Origin: an uncultured virus (IMG/VR IMGVR_UViG_3300008261_000015)
Lineage: Duplodnaviria; Heunggongvirae; Uroviricota; Caudoviricetes
IMG/VR virus record: IMGVR_UViG_3300008261_000015
DNA: 64,000 nt
Reading direction: 5' to 3' (one strand)
The notes below the pieces were generated by a model that searched no databases, was not told the DNA's origin, and was given only the letters and a program-made list of their open reading frames with translations. A program made the position numbers and the translations under genes. This document shows, piece after piece, positions 57,662 to 64,000 of this stretch; position 1 is the first letter of the stretch, and each line of letters opens with the position of its first letter.

Positions 57662-58232
57662 TTTCTATTCTTGTTTTAGTTTCTGGATTGATTGAATACT
57701 TGGTGGAGATTCTCTTGACGATCTCAGTCAAGCCTAGTTCTTTGTTGTTTTGTATCATGTCGACAACATTCACCCACTTGTCTTCTGGAAGTTCTGGAAG
57801 TGTTACAACCTTGGCAGGCTTAGGCTCTACGTAGATTGGCTTCTTGTCTGAATGATCATTACTTGCATCTGGATCTAAATAACTATCATCGATGAGGAGG
57901 AGGCCTGAAAGCGCATACTTCCGAGCATACGAGGAGGACGCTCCGAAGGACTGCCCTACATCCATACCCTTTCTATTGACATCTATTCCCGCTTGAGCGG
58001 TCACTGATCTCCCCTCCAACTCTTTCTGAATTGATACGGTAGACTCAATAAATACTAGGCCACCCACTTCTTTAACTTCGTCATGAATGGTCAAGGTGCA
58101 CCCGTACTTTAAAAGTAAAGGCTTAAGCGCCTCAAGGATGTCCTCACATGATCTGTACTTGTACTTACCAAATGAGTTGAACTGACTCTTTGGCGCCTTA
58201 AGTTCTGATTGGATTTGAATTAGTTCTTTCAT
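57636..58232 (-). CDS. ERF-family ssDNA annealing protein
   Basis: KAPK...N.FGKYKYRS.EDILEA.KP, Q..GA.SSYARKYAL. Confidence 0.9.
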   Translation of the reverse strand: MKELIQIQSELKAPKSQFNSFGKYKYRSCEDILEALKPLLLKYGCTLTIHDEVKEVGGLVFIESTVSIQKELEGRSVTAQAGIDVNRKGMDVGQSFGASSSYARKYALSGLLLIDDSYLDPDASNDHSDKKPIYVEPKPAKVVTLPELPEDKWVNVVDMIQNNKELGLTEIVKRISTKYSINPETKTRIENEFKSQRS

Positions 58233-58576
58233 TTGCTATTTAGTTTAATATATCTGTCAATAAGTTTCTTCTTGTTTACGTAACGCTTCCACATTCTCTT
58301 GTCATCCTTCTTTGGTGACGGCTCTTTACTAAGTAGTAGTAAGTTGTATTGAAACATCACACTCTCATAGTCATCATACCCAGATTTCAAAGCGAACTCC
58401 TTCGTGTAGTCAGCACCCAAGTATTCAGTCATGACACCATAGAACATGGTTCTAGGAGTTTCTAATGTGTCTTCAAACCTAGTGTTAGCATTCAAAGATT
58501 TACCCTCTCTGGAGAATGCAAAGTTTGCTTTTACGGCCTTTTGTAGTAGGTATACAAATTGTTCTTCACTTGTCAT
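58229..58576 (-). CDS. hypothetical protein
   Basis: packed ORF. Confidence 0.6.
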   Translation of the reverse strand: MTSEEQFVYLLQKAVKANFAFSREGKSLNANTRFEDTLETPRTMFYGVMTEYLGADYTKEFALKSGYDDYESVMFQYNLLLLSKEPSPKKDDKRMWKRYVNKKKLIDRYIKLNSK

Positions 58577-58811
58577 AAATTAAATTGTCTTTAGTTGGAT
58601 ACAGGTCGTAGTCAACCCTCTCCTTGTTTAAAATGATTTCGATTTCAGTTTTTCTTTTTCTTTTATTTAATAAGTCAATCTGCTTTTGTATCAACTTCTT
58701 ATCGATGAATGTACCCATGCCGTGATCTTGCCACGGCAATGGGTATCCATTGTCATCAAAGAACCTCCTCCTTATTGAGTAGTTTGGCTTTGATACAACT
58801 TGCTTTTTCAT
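58566..58811 (-). CDS. hypothetical protein
   Basis: packed ORF. Confidence 0.55.
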   Translation of the reverse strand: MKKQVVSKPNYSIRRRFFDDNGYPLPWQDHGMGTFIDKKLIQKQIDLLNKRKRKTEIEIILNKERVDYDLYPTKDNLIYDK

Positions 58812-58932
58812 TTTAGTGGTTTTCTAGATTCTTTGAAGATATGTTGGAATGTCTCATTGAAACTATAGTTTGATCTGATAGTACTTCTCACACCCTTTGG
58901 CGCAAGGTCATTTGGTCTCTTGATTTGATCTT

Positions 58933-59124
58933 TCATCTGAAGTTTTCTTTTGCTTTTCGTAATGCTTCTAACTCTGTGTCAGCGGATCCGCTGTCGTATG
59001 CCCATCCATCGGTAAACCAATAAACCCAGTCACCAGACTTGGATTGGAAAACGCCCACGGATTTTTTAGGTATGTCCATGTTGTAGAACATTTTTTTTGC
59101 TTGGTCGCCGATGTACACATTCAT
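58933..59124 (-). CDS. hypothetical protein
   Basis: packed ORF. Confidence 0.55.
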   Translation of the reverse strand: MNVYIGDQAKKMFYNMDIPKKSVGVFQSKSGDWVYWFTDGWAYDSGSADTELEALRKAKENFR

Positions 59125-59330
59125 AGTTCGTATGCTTGCTGAACGATTTTATCTAACTTACTAATCAACTCATCCTCTGGAGAATCTAAGTACAATGTGT
59201 CCGTGGATACGCAATCAGAAGTTCTGAATATACTTACACCCATGGTGTGTACACTGAAACTATAATGGTGACCTAACTCAAGCGCTAAGTCAAGCAAGGT
59301 GTGTGCGATCGATTTCTGTAGTCTCGTCAT
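59121..59330 (-). CDS. hypothetical protein
   Basis: packed ORF. Confidence 0.55.
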   Translation of the reverse strand: MTRLQKSIAHTLLDLALELGHHYSFSVHTMGVSIFRTSDCVSTDTLYLDSPEDELISKLDKIVQQAYEL

Positions 59331-59620
59331 TCTTTTACAAATTTTCCGTCAATTAACTTACCCTTTCTTTCTTTAATTACATTGTAGGCCGACTCAACAC
59401 ACTCCGTGAAGTCTAGTCCTTGCATTCTGGCTTGGATCACCAGAGTTACCACAATGTCACCGATCGCGTCTACGACCTCTGGTCGATCATTCTTAGTTAC
59501 CGCGTCAAGGAGTTCAAAGCACTCCTCCATGGTCTTCTCTGCTTGTTTCCTTGGCGTTGATCCTGCAATGATGTTGCGATCCTCTGCCCATTGTTCGATT
59601 TTCTCAATTATATTCTGCAT
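59327..59620 (-). CDS. MazG-like NTP pyrophosphohydrolase
   Basis: WA.DR...Q..K..EE..EL...DAIGD..V.L...AYN.IK.RKG. Confidence 0.88.
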   Translation of the reverse strand: MQNIIEKIEQWAEDRNIIAGSTPRKQAEKTMEECFELLDAVTKNDRPEVVDAIGDIVVTLVIQARMQGLDFTECVESAYNVIKERKGKLIDGKFVKE

Positions 59621-59835
59621 ATTTTTGCTAAACTGGTTTCTTTAATGTTATACTTGTTTGAAATTTCTACTGCCTTCTCAAGGTGCATGTCATAAAACTT
59701 TTTCCACCCAGCGTTCAATATAATTCCTTGATCTTTGGATTCCTTCTGGACTTGCTTTTTAAAAGCCAGATACTCCTTTGTTGCTTCCTCCACCCTAGTG
59801 CAGTACGCGTCCAAACTTTCTTCTTTCACTATCAT
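59608..59835 (-). CDS. hypothetical protein
   Basis: packed ORF. Confidence 0.5.
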   Translation of the reverse strand: MIVKEESLDAYCTRVEEATKEYLAFKKQVQKESKDQGIILNAGWKKFYDMHLEKAVEISNKYNIKETSLAKICRI

Positions 59836-60152
59836 TTCTTTAGATTTAAAATTCTGGTAATTAATGTTCTGTTGTCACCACACTTCGCGCGTAACTCAGC
59901 GTAGTACCTTACTTCTGCCATAAGCACAAATGCAAAGGCGACCATAAAAACAAGAGCAAGGAACTTTCTCATTTCAGTTCCATGCTAATTAGTTGTGGCC
60001 TCACGAATGACTCCTCGTGAATTCTTACTGCCAAATCCATGGCGCTCTTCTTAGATGTATGGGCGCCACCAATTGGGCACCCATTAAGCATCAATATATG
60101 CACGTATCTCATTGTATTAAATTGTTTTTTGATGAGTGGTAGTATGTTGTTA

Positions 60153-60380
60153 CTAGCGGATACCTAACGCAAGGTCTTCATTGTATTCCCACACGCCAGT
60201 CTGTAATGACTTGGCTATCTCCTCAGCGTACATGTGCTCCATAGTCTTGCCGTCAACAATCACCGTGAACGTCTGTCTTCCTTCCACGAGATCCGACTTA
60301 CGAATCACCACGTCAGAATTTTTGTGTATCCCAAATGTTGATAGGAGACCCATACCGATAAATAAGATTATTGTTTTCAT
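60153..60380 (-). CDS. hypothetical protein with N-terminal hydrophobic segment
   Basis: packed ORF. Confidence 0.55.
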   Translation of the reverse strand: MKTIILFIGMGLLSTFGIHKNSDVVIRKSDLVEGRQTFTVIVDGKTMEHMYAEEIAKSLQTGVWEYNEDLALGIR

Positions 60381-60637
60381 GATAAGTTTTTGTCTAAAAA
60401 TCCTGCAATTGTTTCAATGTGCATTTTATCAATACTTTGGCCATCCCAGATTACCCCATCGTGTTCAATCTCAAACTGATTAGTCAAGTCTATACATAAG
60501 TCATACAGACCATCAGAACCTAAATCACCTAAAGTATTTTTGATGACTTTAGGCATCAGTTCACATTCAAGTGCAAGGGTGATTTGCGCCACAATCTCGT
60601 GATGCGTCTTCGCCCAACTTCTGAATCCATTTGTCAT
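60377..60637 (-). CDS. hypothetical protein
   Basis: packed ORF. Confidence 0.6.
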   Translation of the reverse strand: MTNGFRSWAKTHHEIVAQITLALECELMPKVIKNTLGDLGSDGLYDLCIDLTNQFEIEHDGVIWDGQSIDKMHIETIAGFLDKNLS

Positions 60638-61230
60638 ATCTCTACCTCCTTACCTTTCTTGCAGTCGTATAAAGATTTCTGGTAGTTGCCAAGCGCAACC
60701 CTCTTTGCCCAACCCTTGTCTTGGATGTTCTCACAAATCTGGATGATAAGGTCGCCTTTGCGTTCTTTAATCGACAGATAGCCAAGTGATGATGCCTTCC
60801 AGTACAACTGCTTCAAGATGTCACTTGCCTCTTGCCATGGTAAGGATGCGTAACGCTCAACACGTGTAATGATGGCGGGAGATGCACTGCATACAACGTA
60901 ACCCTCGTTGAATCTAATCTCGTTCGAATCCCAGTCAAGAAACAAATCCTTCACACCTTCGTTTAAGGCCGACTTAATCTTTGCATCCAGATTCTTTACT
61001 TGCGTAGCAATCTGGTAAACTGATGTAGTCTTGTAACCTAAGTTCATTTGTCTACTACTAAGTTCTTCGTTCTTGGCTTGTTCAATCTGTAACTTGCTGA
61101 ATACAGATGTTACTAAGTCAAAATGTTGTTGAGTTACCTTGTCTGCAAAGTACAATGCGTCAGAAACAACTTGTTCTGCGCGTTCCAAATCGAATCCGTT
61201 TGGCACGTTAATTTCAATTGTGTATTTCAT
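60634..61230 (-). CDS. hypothetical protein
   Basis: 198-aa ORF. Confidence 0.65.
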   Translation of the reverse strand: MKYTIEINVPNGFDLERAEQVVSDALYFADKVTQQHFDLVTSVFSKLQIEQAKNEELSSRQMNLGYKTTSVYQIATQVKNLDAKIKSALNEGVKDLFLDWDSNEIRFNEGYVVCSASPAIITRVERYASLPWQEASDILKQLYWKASSLGYLSIKERKGDLIIQICENIQDKGWAKRVALGNYQKSLYDCKKGKEVEI

Positions 61231-61502
61231 TTTCTTTCTAAGTTTAAGTCTTCTGCAAAATAATCTATTGAATCATAAATAGCCTCAATGGTATGGTCAT
61301 TTGTCAATGACTTGTACAAGATGTCTTGTGCCGTATCTTCATCGCAATCATAGTTAGTCATCACATCTTCCACGTGCCATAAGTTTATCACGAAGTATCC
61401 ATGGCGTTCTAAAATCTTTTTAGCATCCTCAATGCTAAGGTGCTCTTTTGCGTACTCCAATACCTCTTGCTTGGCAGTATCACTTGCTGGTGTGAATTTC
61501 AT
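61227..61502 (-). CDS. acidic hypothetical protein
   Basis: LW.VEDV motif. Confidence 0.6.
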   Translation of the reverse strand: MKFTPASDTAKQEVLEYAKEHLSIEDAKKILERHGYFVINLWHVEDVMTNYDCDEDTAQDILYKSLTNDHTIEAIYDSIDYFAEDLNLERK

Positions 61503-61714
61503 ATTTGAATTTGTTTTGGTTCTATAATTATATTGTCTCTGTATACATACTCTAACTCGTCCACCAAGTCTTCGTTGGTGTAGTCCTCGTTCAAGTCGCG
61601 CTTACGTTCAACGAACGGCACGAGAACGTCCATGATTTGACGTTCCGTTAGGTCGGTAGCAATCATGAAGTTCTCCTCGTCCCATGCAGTTGTCTTGATT
61701 TCAAATGCTCTCAT
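61499..61714 (-). CDS. acidic hypothetical protein
   Basis: ATG 61714. Confidence 0.6.
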   Translation of the reverse strand: MRAFEIKTTAWDEENFMIATDLTERQIMDVLVPFVERKRDLNEDYTNEDLVDELEYVYRDNIIIEPKQIQI

Positions 61715-62243
61715 ACAACTCCTTAAGTTCGTCCAAGTCATCAGCAGTTACGTATGTGAACTGAGACAACCACTCATCTAAAGTCAACACCTCGTCAGCG
61801 TAGTCAAGTCCTTTCTCTACCTCGAATAGGAACGACTCGTAATCGAAGTGGTACAACCCCTCAAGGAATGGATACCTTACATCCTTCTCTCCTTTAGAGT
61901 CGATCGAAAAGATTCCCATGTAGTCATTACCAGACTCGCTGTACTTGTTGTCTACGTTAACTCCGTACTGCTCGTGTAGTACCCGTAGGAATCCGTTGCA
62001 TGGTTCCCATGGAGTCTGGATATTCATGGAGATGTAGTCGTCCTCCAGAAACATTCCGTCCAAGTCAATCAACACATCCCACTTGCAACCCCACCTTTTT
62101 ACGTTTGCTACAACGTCACCACCTTGGTAGTCCTTGTCCAATGCGCGGAACATACGTCCGCTTGGGTTGGCTTCCAATACTTCTTTAATCTTGGAGACTC
62201 CATCTCCACTGATTTGAATAAAATTGTTACATAAATTTGCCAT
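61701..62243 (-). CDS. YubB/DUF1281-like ferredoxin-fold protein
   Basis: N.C.N...I.G, WG.KWD, TPW.P, Y.E.G. Confidence 0.65.
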   Translation of the reverse strand: MANLCNNFIQISGDGVSKIKEVLEANPSGRMFRALDKDYQGGDVVANVKRWGCKWDVLIDLDGMFLEDDYISMNIQTPWEPCNGFLRVLHEQYGVNVDNKYSESGNDYMGIFSIDSKGEKDVRYPFLEGLYHFDYESFLFEVEKGLDYADEVLTLDEWLSQFTYVTADDLDELKELYESI

Positions 62244-62477
62244 GATTCTTATAAGTTAGTTGTTCCAATTACTTTTACTCTATCTTGATTACTATCCATC
62301 CACCTAAGCCAATTCTCTAGGTGGTTGTTGTCCTTGAACTCCTTCACCTGCGTGAAGTACGTCCCGTAGGTACTCTTCATGTCTACCTTTACTTTCATTG
62401 CTCTAGTATTTTAAGTCCAAGCATAAATCCAATTATGAATATTGGAGATAGTGCTATAATTGTGTAGATAATTTCAA

Positions 62478-62654
62478 TTAGTTTTCGCATAACGTTGATA
62501 CTTGAATGTGTTTTAAATAATTTTTCTTACTCTTTACCTTGTCCACCGCAATGTCACATGCGTGGTCTTCGTTGTTGGCGACCACCCTCATTCGAGTGGT
62601 ACGCCATGTCAACTTATCTGATTGCCAGTCCACAACTACACTATAGTATCTCAT
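62478..62654 (-). CDS. hypothetical protein
   Basis: ATG 62654. Confidence 0.55.
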   Translation of the reverse strand: MRYYSVVVDWQSDKLTWRTTRMRVVANNEDHACDIAVDKVKSKKNYLKHIQVSTLCEN

Positions 62655-62881
62655 GCTAACATCCATTGGTCGTATATGTAGTCGTAGTCGCACTCCATTA
62701 CTTCAGCAAGTCGCTCGAATACTCTTTCACGAATCACTGAATCACTAACTCCGATGTACTTGTATACATCCTTGTACCTATCTAGTTGTCTAAACAATCC
62801 CTCGAATGTTGCCTCGGGGTGAATCTCGTAACCCAAGTCATCTGTTGGGTAGTTTTCGGTGTACCAATCAATTATCTTCAT
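62651..62881 (-). CDS. acidic hypothetical protein
   Basis: YPTDDLG...DS.IRERVF. Confidence 0.65.
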   Translation of the reverse strand: MKIIDWYTENYPTDDLGYEIHPEATFEGLFRQLDRYKDVYKYIGVSDSVIRERVFERLAEVMECDYDYIYDQWMLA

Positions 62882-63194
62882 AGTGTAGAAAGTATTTTGG
62901 ATCGAACTGATATTTTTCTCCGTTAAACAATGGGCTGTAAATTAACTTACCCTCATTTGTTTCATGGTCGAAAATTGCAATGCACTCTTGCGTCATGATT
63001 TCGCACAACGCCTCAACAAAATTTCTATTGATGTAGTCCAACACTCCTACGAATGTTGGTTCTTCAGCACCTTCGTACTGGCCTATCTTCTCTTGGTACT
63101 TCTCAAGTCCAAAGATTTTGAATTCATTAAGTAACTTGGCTACTTGTTGCAGGGTAAGTGGGTTATTGTTTAACCCGATGTTGATTGTGTACAT
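62868..63194 (-). CDS. hypothetical protein
   Basis: NIGL...EPT...QECIA...F.P.YF. Confidence 0.65.
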   Translation of the reverse strand: MYTINIGLNNNPLTLQQVAKLLNEFKIFGLEKYQEKIGQYEGAEEPTFVGVLDYINRNFVEALCEIMTQECIAIFDHETNEGKLIYSPLFNGEKYQFDPKYFLHYEDN

Positions 63195-63355
63195 AGTTTT
63201 AATTGTCTTCTAAGTTTTTCCAGTCTGGATTGATTTCGATATACTCTTTAATTAACCTAGCGTTATCTTCGCTAAGACTTGCCAGATTTTCTAGCAGTTC
63301 TACAAATAGGTAGGAACATGCATCTTGCACATCCTCCGATACCCTTTCTCTAATT

Positions 63356-63760
63356 TTACTGAGGTGTTGGTTCATAATTAAATTGTTTGAAACTTGAAAA
63401 TATTCTGTATCCTCTTATCACTACATCATCACGCTCGTTTCTTTTGGTGGAAGTCTCAACTTCAAGTATCCATTCATCACCAACGTGTGTATACTTTACG
63501 TCTGAAGAGTTAGAGAATTTTTCAATAATTATATTCTCAATAGCCAAGTCTAGTTCATCACTTGTGCCATCAAGCAGTAACGTATTCCCGTCTGTATTCG
63601 CTCTGTAGTTAGCGTAGTGTTGAGTGTAAAAGTAATCACCTTTACAACCGCAACCACATGCATTTAATACTCCTTTATAAACTCCAGATATGTTTTCCCA
63701 ATTGATTTTGAAGTTCATTGGTTCATATAATGGGGTTGCATTTTTGATTTGAAATTCCAT
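63356..63760 (-). CDS. hypothetical protein with CGCGC motif
   Basis: Y.G...ACGCGCKG.Y. Confidence 0.6.
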   Translation of the reverse strand: MEFQIKNATPLYEPMNFKINWENISGVYKGVLNACGCGCKGDYFYTQHYANYRANTDGNTLLLDGTSDELDLAIENIIIEKFSNSSDVKYTHVGDEWILEVETSTKRNERDDVVIRGYRIFSSFKQFNYEPTPQ

Positions 63761-63761
63761 G

Positions 63762-63938
63762 TTATCCTTCGGTTTCAAGTTCAATTTTTTCTTCAGTTAC
63801 ACAACACTGCTCCAACTCTATGGTATAAATCATGTCGCCTAGTTCGTTCAATTTTTTGAACGCGTCCTGCTCGTTTTCAGCGTCAACTACAATGAGTGTT
63901 TCGTACACTCTGGTCATTTTGAATGTGTAAGTTTTCAT
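63762..63938 (-). CDS. hypothetical protein
   Basis: MKTY...V.AE....A. Confidence 0.6.
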   Translation of the reverse strand: MKTYTFKMTRVYETLIVVDAENEQDAFKKLNELGDMIYTIELEQCCVTEEKIELETEG

Positions 63939-64000
63939 TTTGTTATGGGTTATGGTTTTAAATAAATAGCACCTACTCGCAATCAAATGCCACGCTCTAG

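Noticed and set aside
1..64000. stop-codon reassignment or prophage state
   Set aside because: Long genes are intact under the standard code; no integrase, att site or host genes seen
63960..64000. window ends joining as an exact circle
   Set aside because: The ORF running off position 1 and the truncated motif at 64000 do not join sensibly; some sequence is missing

Overview
Most of the genome of a probably lytic, podovirus-like tailed phage infecting Bacteroidota. Host evidence is the recurring TAnnTTTG promoter element, A-rich leaders without Shine-Dalgarno sequences and a BT4734/VirE-type primase. The terminase, portal, tail and ejected-protein module is crAss-like in organisation. The layout has two arms. 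The + arm (about 2.4-49.9 kb) carries GroEL/GroES, small basic proteins, a 2645-aa modular tail fibre, a lysis cassette, terminase, portal, capsid, tail and a 3319-aa polyvalent virion protein. The - arm (64-49.9 kb plus 1.5 kb-1) carries early and replication genes (ERF, RecE-like exonuclease, primase-helicase, SF2 helicase, VRR-NUC, MazG), tRNA-Thr and many small ORFs. No integrase, DNA polymerase, RT or CRISPR array was seen. The main oddities are: (1) a chemoreceptor-type PAS domain fused to a holin-like 2-TM tail, coupled between holin and endolysin; (2) a perfect hammerhead ribozyme and a structured boxA-containing leader in the early transcript; (3) an extended chaperone kit (GroEL, GroES, tandem GroES-like protein, GrpE-like module); (4) two genes that appear to start at ACG; (5) a likely -1 frameshift in the giant virion gene; (6) repeat-delimited cassettes in the tail fibre and giant protein; (7) a duplicated iteron/origin-like element. 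All family calls come from motif recognition by eye; no database searches were run.
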